Counted from the stretch's first letter, positions 42,178 through 54,230 are shown. The stretch: DNA of 64,000 bases from Octopus vulgaris (GCA_951406725.2 OX597819.1:129084001-129148000); one strand, 5' to 3'. Program-made: numbers and translations. The notes: a model not told the origin generated them from the sequence alone.

Positions 42178-43170
42178 TATAAGGCAAATAAGAAATGGGG
42201 AGGATATACAGTCGACAAACCAGTAAACATTCAATTATATCTATTTATTGATTGATTACAAACATGTGTTTAAGTGATACAAGTAAACGAATGAAATCAG
42301 TCAATAAATATATATATATTAATAGAAATAAATGAATAATAATAGATGAGTGTACTGAGACAAATCACTTACGGCCGTTTCTACGATGAGGCATCAAAAT
42401 CTTCCAAGGCATCCTTATCATATCAGTGATATACAGGGATGAAGAAACATTGGACAGAGGTCTGTTAATCCTTATATATCACTGACGTGATGAGGATGAC
42501 TTGGAAGATTTTGATGCCTCATCGTAGAAACAGCCGTAAGGGATTTGTATCTGTACATTCATTTATTATTATTATAGGTTCAGCAAAATTTAGATTCAGA
42601 TGAATATGGTACTTAAGTTAAAGGCACCAGAATTCGGTATGGTATGGTCCATATAAATCAAATGGGGTGATTATAATCAAAATAAGCAACAAGGATATCC
42701 TAGGTAGAGTAGTACAATTGTTTCATGCTACTTCATTTTATTAAACACTGTAAGTATTACATCAGTTTTAAAATGCAGAGCAGTCTTCAGCCACATACAG
42801 AATTGTTTTAATTAAATAGACAATGTACATTTTTATACTTATTTCATTTGCCAACATTACAAAGAGGGTAGATATTTAGACAGAGAGGTTAATTTCATCA
42901 TTAGGAACATAATAGTAGAAGGTCCTTCTCCATCTGTAGATTTTTTAATGATGAAATTAACCTCTCTGTCTAAATATCTACCCTCTTTGTAATGTTGGCA
43001 AATGAAATAAGTATAAAAATGTACATTGTCTATTTAATTAAAAAAATTCTATATGTGGCTGAAGACTGCTTTACATTTTAAAACTGATGTATTACTTACT
43101 GTGTTTAATAAAATGAAGTAGCATGAAACGATTGTACTACACTACCTTGGATATCCTTGTTGCTTATTTT

Positions 43171-43218
<48 letters not shown>

Positions 43219-43368
43219 GTTTACGTATTTTGGGGCTGATTTCATTCGTTTACTTCTATCACTTAAACACATGTTTGTAATCAATTAATAAATAGTAGAT
43301 ATTATCGAATCTTTACTGGCTGATGATTGGCGATTGTATATCCTCTCTATTTTCTAATTTACCTTATA
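42178..43368. repeat. Nested fold-backs: outer arms 42178-42302 and 43235-43368 enclose palindromes 42335-42573 and 42672-43176
   Basis: Three independent pairs of reverse-complement arms read directly from the sequence. Confidence 0.92.
43054..43141 (+). ncRNA. Type-I hammerhead-like motif with long stem II (mirror copy on the minus strand at 42709-42794)
   Basis: TGTGG-CTGAAGA-cTGCT..CATTTTA...TAAAATG..AGCAt-GAAAC-GATT(AATT in mirror)-GTA-CTACA. Confidence 0.55.
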
Positions 43369-43653
43369 AATCCTGGGTAAATTTCCAATTTACCCTCACC
43401 CATACCTAGTATTCAATTACAATATTGCCATGCAATAGTAAGCTCTTGGTTAAAAAAATACGTAAGTACACATCCAATAGTATACTGGATATTTAATATC
43501 CCTTAGCTGGTTTCTTAACTTCTAACTCAGACAGACAGACAGATATATAGATATATATATATTTATTTACTTTTATCAAATTATAGTCAATTTTTTTCTT
43601 ATCTCCGATCCTTAGTTCTAATGGGCTCTATTTGTCTATCTCTTCTCGCTCTT

Positions 43654-43721
<68 letters not shown>

Positions 43722-43724
43722 GAA

Positions 43725-43890
43725 ATTTACAGAGAAACAAAAAGGCAAAGACACGTGTATTAGTTTGAAGCTCGGGAAAATGCAAAAGTCTTTTACATTT
43801 CAAGCCTACGCTCTTCAACAGAAAGGAATAAGAGAAAATAAACAGAAAGAGAATAAAAAAGAAACTTGTGGATCTAGCGGGCCAACATGA
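43725..43890 (-). mobile_element. Penelope-like pLTR remnant with a decayed hammerhead-like motif (43791-43826)
   Basis: Minus strand cttt-CTGTTGA-A-GAGC-gtag-GCTT-GAAAT-GTA-aaag, homologous to 2204-2239; abuts (TA)n. Confidence 0.5.
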
Positions 43891-44436
43891 TATCTTTTCA
43901 ATTCGTTTATAGCATAATTCATTATACCGGCTACCATCTAATGATACTGACTAGTAAGTCAGTTTATCGCGGTTGTATCATAGTTATATCGATATAATGC
44001 AGGATAAATATAACAATAACAGGAAATCTAGGAGGGAATTTATAAATGTTTAATACACTGCTACACGCGTTTCCACAAATCACATGATTTTGACATCAGA
44101 GTCGTTATCCTTGGGATTAGTACAGTCTAGTCCGTATCATCCGTGGACCATCAGATGATACTGCATTATTGGATGAATCACAGAAGGATGTTTATCTCTT
44201 CTTGCCAGAAGGCCAAATTTAGCAGAATCAGCAGTTGAAATGAATCTAGTCGCAGTTTTGATTCCGGTACAGGATGTTGCGTCATTGAACAAAGTTCTTC
44301 ATTTCACGTTGAACCATTTTTCTCAGCAGGAAATTACTACCAGTCTAAAGCTAGCACAGATCTTTTTTTTTCTCTCTCTCTCCAGCTACCAAATACCCGA
44401 TATTTTACTGGATCTATATTGGGAGGGGGCCGAGCT

Positions 44437-44810
44437 GTATTTCGTTTGCAGTTACGTTCTGAGTTCAAATTCCGCCGAGGTCGACTTTGCCTTTCATCCT
44501 TTCGGGGTCGATAAATTAAGTACTAGTTACGCACTGGGGTCGATGTAATCGACTTAATACCTATGTGTGTCCTTGTTTGTCTCCTCTGTGTTTAGCCCCT
44601 TATGGGTAATAAAGAAATAGAAAGAGGTATTTCGTCTGCCGTTACGTTCTGAGTTCAAATTCCGCCGAGGTCGACTTTGCCTTTCATCCTTTCGGGGTCG
44701 ATAAATTAAGTACCAGTTACGCACTGGGGTCGATGTAATCGACTTAATACCTATGTGTGTCCTTGTTTGTCCCCTCTGTGTTTAGCCCCTTGTGGGTAAT
44801 AAAGAAACAG
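44437..44810 (+). mobile_element. SINE family A tandem dimer (headless units)
   Basis: Two units, each starting gtatttcgt. Confidence 0.9.
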
Positions 44811-45229
44811 GTATCTATGTCTGTTCGTGACTGCATCGGTACTTAATACAACTAGTGAAAGCATGACAGATTCTGCCAGGTCATACTCACTTGCGAGTGA
44901 TGTCTATAACGGGAGACCAGTTATATAAACCTGTTTGAATCATACCAATTACTCTACAGCTGTATTTTCTGTCAATAAAAATACAGCTGTCACAGAAAGC
45001 TGTCGCTTCTTTTATCGTTTCTACTCCAATTCATTCTCATTTTTCCTTCTGTTACTCACTGTTTCTGTTTATTTTTTATCGACTCCAGTCAAGCGAGACA
45101 GACACAGCTCATCCTTCTACTCTCGTTCAGTTTACTGTTACGGTCACCCCCTTGCCCACCCGTTATCAATCTCTCCCTATACTCATCTTTTGACAGAACC
45201 AAAAACAGTAAGCTCATTACTATATTAGG

Positions 45230-45355
<126 letters not shown>

Positions 45356-45585
45356 GCATACATAAATATTATGTATTTTATTTATTTGCAATTATAGACG
45401 TTTATTACACACATTATATCATATATCAAGTATACGAATATAATATACTAATGTTATATATGCAGTAAAACTTTTATCTTTTACTTGTTTCAGTCATTTG
45501 TCTGCGGCCATGCTGGGGCACCACTTTGAATTTTTAGTTGATCCCAGCACTTATTTCTTTAAGCCTGGTACATATTCTATCAATG

Positions 45586-45632
<47 letters not shown>

Positions 45633-45633
<1 letters not shown>

Positions 45634-46019
45634 GAGCAAAACGCCCCCCGTCCATTGGACGGTGCTGAGTTGTCAAACATTTAAACCAAATTTTCTCAAA
45701 ACCACTTCTCCGACCGTCCCATAGGTCTCCCCTTTGAGAACCTCTGATTTAACCTAAATTTGAGACACCGTGCATTTTTCTCGCGTACGCGAAGTATCGA
45801 TCGCAACAGCTGATCTACTTGCGCGTACAAATGCAAGTTCCCACGGATTTATCGATCGCATTCTCACCTGGAATCGATTTTTATAATTTCTTTCAAGATT
45901 TATATACGCCCTGATACCGTCGGTATCTATAAATCAAATTTGAACGCAATCAGATGGAGGATGCCCGAGATCCTGGAAGACATACACAAAGATAGACAGA
46001 ACGGATTTTATATAGTAGA
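45633..46019 (-). mobile_element. Non-autonomous Helitron-like element
   Basis: Minus strand: A|TCTACTATATAAAA 5' end, hairpin ccgtccaatggacgg, CTCG|T 3' end (CTAG variant). Confidence 0.7.
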
Positions 46020-46027
46020 TTACATTT

Positions 46028-46250
46028 AAGGCGGCAAGCTGGCAGAATCGTTAGCACGCCGGGCAAAATGCTTGACGGCATTTCGTACGTCTTTATGTTC
46101 TGAGTTCAAATTCCGCCAAGGCTGACTTTGCCTTTCATCCTTTCGGGGTCGATAAGATAAGTACCAATTCAACACTAGAGTCGGTGTTATCGACTTATCT
46201 CACCCACTACAACCGAAATTGCTGGACTTGTGCCCAAGTTTGAAACCAAT
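46028..46250 (+). mobile_element. SINE family A variant
   Basis: Family head and core with an alternative tail (gaaattgctggacttgtgcccaagtttgaaacc). Confidence 0.85.
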
Positions 46251-46370
46251 ATATATATATTACATATATAATAGTAGTGTGTTATATATCCTTCTATACG
46301 TTTCGGCCCTGAAAATATACTCCATGCTGGTGTATATTTTATTTTATTTGATATACGTATAGATGTATAT

Positions 46371-46441
<71 letters not shown>

Positions 46442-46475
46442 AAGGGTGAAAAGGAACACACGAGTTGATATATAT

Positions 46476-46721
46476 GAAAAAACAAGTCAAGATAGAAAAT
46501 GCTAACATAATTTTATAAAGAACATTTCAGTACCGGTTTCGGTCATTTTGAGACCTTTTCAACTGTAACGATTAAATAATTAAATTTTGTTATTTAATTA
46601 TTTAATTATTTAGTTATTTAATTATTTAATCGTTACAGTTGAAAAGGTCTCAAAATGACAGAAACCGGTACTGAAATGTTCTTTATAAAATTATGTTTGC
46701 ATTTTCTATCTTGACTTGTTT

Positions 46722-46725
<4 letters not shown>
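46476..46725. repeat. Near-perfect fold-back palindrome between TA runs
   Basis: Arms 46476-46585 and 46616-46725 differ at about 2 positions; AT-rich spacer. Confidence 0.95.
46528..46565 (-). ncRNA. Minimal type-I hammerhead-like motif, U3-A8 variant (mirror at 46636-46673, +)
   Basis: CAG-TTGAAAA-GGTC-tcaaaat-GACC-GAAAC-CG-GTA-CTG; all three stems pair. Confidence 0.68.
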
Positions 46726-46805
<80 letters not shown>

Positions 46806-46806
46806 A

Positions 46807-48348
46807 CAGCCTTGGCTAAAAGTATTAGGCCACCCCAATATTTTGGGGTTCTGCTATCTCAATGTTAATGAAACTCGTGCATATGGTAGATTATGGTATA
46901 TTTCACAATATACATTAGTTTTAATATCTGATCGACCATCATTTAGCATCAATTACCACTTTTTTACAGTTAGGCATTGGATTTGCTAGTTTCTTGCAGG
47001 TTCTGGGCGCAATTTTACTCTATTCTTCTCTCAACATTTGGTACAAATGCTCTTTATTTTTAATTGTTGGGTTCCTGATAGCTTCACCAAGAGTTCCCTA
47101 TAGGTGTTCGATCGGATTTAGATCAGGACTTTGAGCTGGCCAGTCCATGGGAACAATACCCTGTGTCTCAAACCACTGACGAGTATTCTTTGCTGTATGA
47201 CATGAAGCGTTGTCCCGTTGAAAGATAACACTGTTTTTCGATATTCCTGGGTGCAATTTAGCAATTCATGTCTCTAATACATCCGATAACATAGAAACAT
47301 AGGTAGCTGAATTCATCCTTCCCTTACATAAAAACATTTCTCCGGGTCCTGTGGCAGACATGCAGACCGATGCCATGATAGAACCACCCCTATGTTTTAC
47401 GGTTGGTACCAGACATTCAGCCTTAAATGCTTCCCCAACTCTGCGACGCATGAAAGTTGCACAAGATGTACTGAAAACCTGGGTAAAAACATGAAAAATA
47501 ATATTGGCTTTATGTTGGATACTTTTATATATATATTTTGGGCAACAAACCAGTTACATTAAGTTTAACTGTTGATTGAATAACTATCTTACTTCATAGT
47601 TACTTTCATCAGACCATATGACTTTCGACCATTGCTCACTGGTCCAATTTGAGTGGTTTTTGGCCCACTGAAGACATTTTTCCATTTTCGCTTCAGAAAC
47701 CCATTGCTTCTTCCTAGCTTTACAGCCTTTCAGACCGTACTCTACAAGCCTTCTTCTAACAGTTCTGGTTGATATTTGTGAAGTACTTGCCTCGTTGAAG
47801 TCCGCACAGAGCTCCGACGATGTCTTTCTCCTGTTTCTGAGCGGCTGATGGATGATGGATCTGTCATCACGAGGTGATGTCACCTTTATTCTACCTGTTC
47901 TTTGTATAGTCTTTAAGTCTTTTGTCTCTCTGAAGCTCTTGAGAGTCGTTTGCGCCGCACATCGAGAACATTCCATCTTCTGAGCAATTTGCCTTTGAGA
48001 CATTCCATCTTCATAATGAGCTATGATTTGACCTCGTTCACACTCACTCAACTCCTTTGTTTCAGGCATTTTACTGTTTATCAACTGTATCTACAACATA
48101 TTTTAGTATAAAACTCTGAAATAATCAAGGAAACAAGTTAATTTTGGACGTTGGTCTTACTCATAATTGGTTGCACATACACAGTACAGTATAAAAGCAG
48201 TAACTGATACTAAAGGAGGGTCAACCAGATATCAAAACTAATGTATATTGTGAAATATACCATAATCTACCATATGCACGAGTTTCATTAATATTGAGAT
48301 AGCATAACCCCAAAACATTGGGGTGGCCTAATACTTTTGGCCAAGGCT
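46807..48348 (-). mobile_element. Full-length Tc1 (DD34E) transposon with ~130-bp TIRs and TA TSD; intron-containing transposase pseudogene
   Basis: TA|CAGCCTTGG...CCAAGGCTG|TA. WSDES, QRDNA, then 34 residues to NPIE; nonsense codons in exon 2; GT-AG intron at 47592-47479. Confidence 0.95.
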
Positions 48349-48399
48349 GTATATCTATGTGAGTGCGTGATTATAAATGTATTGAAATATATTGTATAT

Positions 48400-48798
48400 A
48401 CTCTTTTACTCTTTTACTTGTTTCAGTCATTTGACTGCGGCCATGCTGGAGCACCGCCTTTAATCGAGCAACTCGACCTCGGGACTTATTCTTTTGTAAG
48501 CCCAGTACTTATTCTATCGGTCTCTTTGCCGAACCGCTAAGTGACGGGGACGTAAACACACCAGCATCGGTTGTCAAGCAATGTTAGGGGGGACAAACAC
48601 ACACACATACACACATATATATATATATATATACATATATACGACAGGCTTCTTTCAGTTTCCGTCAACCAAATCCATTCACAAGGCATTGGTCGGCCCG
48701 GGGCTATAGCAGAAGACACATGCCCAAGATGCCACGCAGTGGGACTGAACCCGGAACCATGTGGTTGGTTAGCAAGCTACTTGCCACTCCTGCGCCTA
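48400..48798 (-). mobile_element. SINE family B
   Basis: Full-length match to the other family B copies. Confidence 0.9.
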
Positions 48799-49029
48799 TA
48801 TGTCATAACTTTCTATAGAATTATGTTTCACTTTCAGGGAAAATGTGCCAAAAGCTTCTATCATGATTCTAAATTACATAAAAAGTGATCTTGGTGATTG
48901 TGAGCGTTGGTAATTGCAGATATAAAATAACTGAGATGTTCATATAAATAGATTGGTTTCTGACCTTATGCCTCCCGCCTGGAAAGTTATATTAATATTG
49001 TGTTTCGTGCATACCAGCAGCATGATGAA

Positions 49030-49740
49030 TATATACGTAATTACATGGTATTCTTTTACTTGTTTCAGTCATGTGACTGCTGCGCCCATGCTGCAGCACT
49101 GCCCTACAGGATTTTACTCGAAGACATCGACTCCAGCACTTATTCTTTGTAAACCTGGTACTTATTCTATCGGTTGTCAAGCGATGGTGGAGGGACAAAC
49201 ACAGACATAAAGGCGCACATACATATACATATATATATATATACAAAATTTAGAGGATTGACCACTAAAAGTGGACAGCCTGTATGCTAGAAATAGACGT
49301 CAAAATCGCCATTTTTCACGGAGAATGTTTTCTCAAGAAAAAATTCAGCAAAAAAACAAAGCAAGACAAATGAAAATTCTCCGTGGAAAATGGCGATTTT
49401 GACGTCTATTTCAAGCATACAGGCTTTCCACTTTTAGTGGTCAATCCACTAAATTTTGTATGTAAAAAAATTTTTAATCTTCGGATTTTTAAAATATGCT
49501 AGGCCCCTGGTTTTAATTGATAAATATCAATTTCTACCCTTATTTAATTTTATATATATATATACATATATACATATATACGACGGGTTTCTTTCAGTTT
49601 TCGCCTACCAAATCTACTCACAAGGCTTTGGTTTGCCCGAGGCTATAGGAGAAGATACTTTCCCAAGGTGCCATGCAGTGGGACTGAACCCGAGACCGTG
49701 TGATTGAGAAGCAAGCGTCTTACCACTCGGCCACACCTGT
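49030..49740 (-). mobile_element. SINE family B split at its internal (TA)n by an insertion containing a fold-back (49241-49461)
   Basis: SINE halves at 49030-49240 and 49560-49740; arms 49241-49326 and 49376-49461 are reverse complements. Confidence 0.85.
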
Positions 49741-50176
49741 ATATTCACAATCGCGAGGAATACGTACGCGAACCTTCACATTTTCTGTAATACATAAACA
49801 ATTTGTTGCTAAGCTCGTTTCCCAAGGACGTGGGTTCGAGTTCAATTCAATTACACAGTACTTTGAACGAGTGTCTTCCATACTTCCGAGCTTTATGAAC
49901 TAAATCAGTAAACGGAAACAGTGAAAGCCCGTCGTGTATATTAATACGTGTGTGTGTGTATGTGTGTGTGTGTGTGTATGTGTGTGTGTGTGCGTGTGTT
50001 TGCATCGATTTTGCTCCCCTCCACCACCACCACTACCACCACCGCCACAACCATGTCCATCACCACTACTTCTTGGCAATCGGTGTTGGTTTGTTTACGT
50101 TCCCGTAACAAAGCAGCGCGGCAAAAGCGATGATACAATAAGTAAACAGACTTAAGAATAAGTATTGAATTGAATA

Positions 50177-50410
50177 AGGCGGCGAAATGGCAGAAACGTT
50201 AGCACGCCGGGCGAAATGCTTAGCGGCATTTCGTCTGCCGTTACGTTCTGAGTTCAAATTCCGCCGAGGTCGACTTTGCCTTTCATCCTTTCGGGGTCGA
50301 TAAATTAAGTACCAGTTACGCACTGAGGTTGATATAATCAACTTAATCCGTTTGTCTGTCCTTGTTTGTCCCCTCTGTGTTTTTAGCCCCTTGTGGGTAG
50401 TTAAAAATAA
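50177..50410 (+). mobile_element. SINE family A nested in a degenerate SINE B (~49800-50500)
   Basis: Flanking direct repeat aataagtattgaa at 50157 and 50411. Confidence 0.9.
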
Positions 50411-50608
50411 AATAAGTATTGAAGTGAATTAGCTTGACAGAAACCCTTTTAGGTAGTGTCCCAGCATAGCTTCAGTTCAAACACTGAAACAAGTAAATGG
50501 TAAAAATATAAATGTGAATGAAAATAAATGGAAATGGAAATTGGCAAAAGAAAATTTAAAATAATATAAACCGCTTTATATATATCTTACATACATCAGT
50601 ACACACAC

Positions 50609-50664
<56 letters not shown>

Positions 50665-50782
50665 GCATGTATGTATGTATGTATGTATGTATGGGTGTGT
50701 GTGTGTATGTATGCATGCAGTCATGCATGTGTGTATTAAATATGTATATGCGCGCGCGCGTTTGTGTGATCATGAAAAGATT

Positions 50783-52070
50783 TTATGTCAATAAAGAGAT
50801 CCAAGAGATCCCAACTTGATGCCAACTCTCCATTATTTCTCTGCTGACCGTGTCAAAGGACTTTGTCATTTTCCCAAATCTTTGGAACACGCTTTGGCGC
50901 TGTCCGCAACATTCTTCATGGAGTTGATGAGCTATGAAGATCGTGGTGCCTGTGCCTTCGAGAGGCCGAGAAACGCAATGTGATTTTGGCAAAATTTAGC
51001 TTGTATTCTTCAGTTTAGAAAGAATGGTTGAGGCCAGTACAAAGCAGTGTTATTCTTCTATAATTACGGCAATCCCTTCGTAAAATTTAGTTTTTTTATA
51101 TAATTGTCTTACTATGGCATCTTTCCAGTACTTCACTGCCCCTATCCCCAAAATTAGGGGATGCATAATTATTGTTAATCTTTCACCGCCTAATTCATAG
51201 ATCTCTGCAAGAAATCCATGTTTTCCGGCAGCTTTTTTCGCGATTACATTTCTTAATTCCCATTTGTATTCTATCTTTTGTAGATGGATTATCAAGGGAA
51301 GAGATAGTTGGTCTTTGCTGAATATCTTCAATAAAGATGGGGGTTCTCCATTAGCAACACATCAAAATTGTCCTCCCCTATCTTAGGTAAGCTTTCTTTG
51401 TCCGCAAGTAGATCTTTCCATTCTTAGATCAAAGAGTGACCGTCATCACAGCGGGAAGCAGCCGACTGAGTCCCGTCGCGATCGCGGTGAGCGGTCATAC
51501 CCGTTTACCCCTGGGCGGTTTCACGGTCTATTGAACTCTCTCTCCAAAGTTCTTTTCAACTTTCCCTCGCGGTACTTGTCGGCTATCGGACTCGTCCCCG
51601 TATTTAGCCTTGGATGGAGCTTACCACCCGCTTTGGGCTGCGTTCCCAAGATCAAAGAGTGACCGTCATCACAGATTTTTTGTCCTAAGATTTGCTTCAT
51701 CAAAGTGTAAATCACTTTTGCATCAGCTGCTATTTGGATGCCGGTCGCAAGTCTCGGTCACCAGTTTTCCTGCACATCTTGTAGAGTGCTTTGATCTGCG
51801 GCTTTCGCATGCTTGAAGTTTTCTTCCAGCTAGAAACGCCTTTCATTTGACATCCCTTCTTGCTGTAATTTTGCTACGTACCTCGTTTTTTTCTTTTAAA
51901 GCACTGTTTTTAGAGCCAAGTTGTTTTCATCAAACTCTCAACCTTTTTCTGGAGTCGAACCAAGGATTTCCTGTTCCAACAGACAACACACTTTGAAGGT
52001 GATAAATGCAGACAAGTTTGCTTCTCCAGAGCTGGCCTCACAAGTCACCTGTCCAAACATGCTGGAGAGC
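50783..52070 (-). pseudogene. Degenerate RTE LINE ORF2 remnant
   Basis: KAAGKHGFLAEIYELGGERL..WKDAIVRQLYKK and MTKSFDTVSRE. Confidence 0.7.
51452..51648 (-). pseudogene. 28S rRNA fragment (conserved segment between D1 and D2) inserted with a 26-bp TSD
   Basis: Minus strand gcccaaagcgggtggtaagctccat..aagtaccgcgagggaaagttgaaaagaactttggagagagagttcaa..cgtgaaaccg; identical flanks 51426-51451 and 51649-51674. Confidence 0.93.
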
Positions 52071-52613
52071 CTCGAGTTTATTAAATACAACCAATTTTAA
52101 GCAGCTAATCTAATATGCAATCTATGTGCTACGGAATCACATGGCACATAAAAGTATACAATCAAAGTATTGTGCAGATCGAGCGCCCAATAAGCAACAT
52201 ATGAATATGAATGTTGCATCTGCAACAAAATAATGCAATTCACTTGCTGGCTTTAAAAGCCATTGTGAGTCCCATGGTCACTAAAAGCAAAAGGAAAACA
52301 GAAAGAATATCATCTATTAGCAATGGTCATACTCGTCTGACTAGTCGACAGCCGACATGTATGTGTGTATGTATGTATGTATGTATGTATGTATGTATGT
52401 ATGTATGTATGTATGTATGTATGTATGTATGTATGTGTGTATGTATGTATGTATGTATGTATGTATGTATGTATGTATGTATGTATGTATGTGTGTATGT
52501 ATGTGTGTATGTATGCGTGTATGTATGCGTGAGTACGTGTAAATCAATGGCGTCGCATCATAGGTGCAATGACACTAAACAATGAAACGATGTAAAAGAA
52601 ATAAGGAAAATTA

Positions 52614-53907
52614 CGAGGGGCGTTCAATAAGTAATGCCCCTGACCCACTTCCCATAGCAGTAGAGCAACGAAACTTGGCACAGTTATTAGTCTTTTTCTA
52701 CATAGAAACCACCCAGAGTTACGCATTTCTCCCATCGTTTGATGCAGCTCTGGAGACCGTTTTTTTTAGAAGACCCCAGCTTGGTCCTCCAACCACGACG
52801 TGACTTCAGAAATCAAGGCTGCATCATCTGGGAAACGCTTTCCTTTCAAAAACAACTTCATGGCTGGTAAGAGGTGAAAATCAGAGGGTGCAAGGTCAGG
52901 AGAGTAGGGGGGATGGAGGAGGAGTTCATAGCCGCACGCCCGTGCTTCTGATCTGGTGACAAGCGAGTTATGGACCGGAGCGTTGTCCTGCAGGAGGAGG
53001 CTGCTTTTGCTAATCTTGCCCCGCTTCTTGATTTTGATAGCTTCTCTTAATTTCCTCAAAAGTGAAGCAGAATAGGCTCCTGTAATTGTGGTACCCTTTG
53101 CCAGGAAATCTGTCATCACTACTCCGTCCTGGTCCCAGAAGACTGTGAGAATGACCTTACCAGCGGAGGGCTGCACCCTTGCCTTCTTTGGAGAAGGTGA
53201 ATCACGGTGTTTCCACTGCATTGACTGGGCTTTGGTCTCTGGATCATAGTGATGGACCCAGGTTTCATCCTGTGTAATCAGTCTTTTGAAAAAGTTTGAC
53301 TCATCTTCTTGGCACATCTCCAAATTCATCCTCGAGCACTCGACGCGTTCTTGCTTCTGGAAAGGTGTGAGCAGCCTGGGAATTCATCTGGCAGACACCT
53401 TTTGCATATGCAAATGGTCATGAATGATAGTTTCCATAGACCTGGTACTAATCTTGACCTCATGGGCTATTTCACGAATAGTTATGCGTCGATCTTCCAA
53501 AATGGCAGCCTCAACTTGACGGACAGATGCCTCATCAATAGCAGAAGGGGGGCGACCAGATCTGGGAGCTGTTTCCACAGAGTTCCGACCATGTTTGAAT
53601 TCACGATGCCAGCGTTTTACAAGGTCATATGATGGGGCATCATCACCATAAGTTACTTTCATTTCATCAAAAGTCTCCCGTGGTGTGCGTCCTTTCAAAT
53701 ACAAAAACCGGATCACTGCTCGACACTCAACAGGCTCCATTTCACACTTGACTCAGTTCAAACACCTGTAAATCAGAAACCACCATTAGTTCAAAGATGT
53801 TATTTGCTACTTCATCTATAGAGATATAAATAAATGCTCATGCAAAATTGCAGCTAGATCAAACAACTGCAAGTGGGTCAGAGGCATTACTTATTGAACG
53901 TCCCTCG
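52614..53907 (-). mobile_element. Full-length mariner (DD34D), ~37-bp TIRs, TA TSD; transposase pseudogene
   Basis: TA|CGAGGGGCGTTCAATAAGTAATGCC; QDETW, QDNAPVH, YSPDLAPSD; stop at 53384-53386 in place of the W of WIPR; premature end near 52766. Confidence 0.95.
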
Positions 53908-54150
53908 TATGTTTTATGTTTATGACTAGGAGGACCTTTTCTTACGGGGTCTGGGGCGCTGACTTAGCTGACAGATAATGCCTTAATAAAACTGTTATTT
54001 TATAGGGGACAAATATTGAATTTCGTTCATGACCGTCGATTGAAACGAGGAATGTAACTCGTGTTCAATGGTGTAAACATATGCGTTTGTCTGGTATTTG
54101 CTGGAAAGAAATCAAACGTATAGGTATGGAATCGAAAACTGAATGTAATA

Positions 54151-54230
54151 TTCCAACCTGTTGTCTCTTGAGGTCTCTGGGTGAGACTTGGAGCCAACTT
54201 GTACAAATATAAAGCAAAAGTCAAACATAG
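54151..54230 (+). mobile_element. R4/Dong-like subfamily 2 3' UTR stub
   Basis: Matches 10117-10195; followed by (AAT)n. Confidence 0.85.

Noticed and set aside
43320-43326. CTGATGA in the outer inverted arm
   Set aside because: No downstream GAAAC/GUH and not present in the mirror arm.
43913-43953. Possible micro-exon (tttatag|..|gtaagt)
   Set aside because: Gives a stop in the phase needed to follow exon 1, and would create TAG if joined to 48838.
48838-48909. Possible 72-bp internal exon (tttcag|G..TG|gtaatt; ENVPKASIMILNYIKSDLGDCER)
   Set aside because: Open only as phase 2-2, incompatible with the phase-1 donor at 37950 without an unseen exon; no recognisable homology.
51452-51648. 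Functional rRNA gene
   Set aside because: Only 197 bp, flanked by a TSD, with no other rDNA around it.
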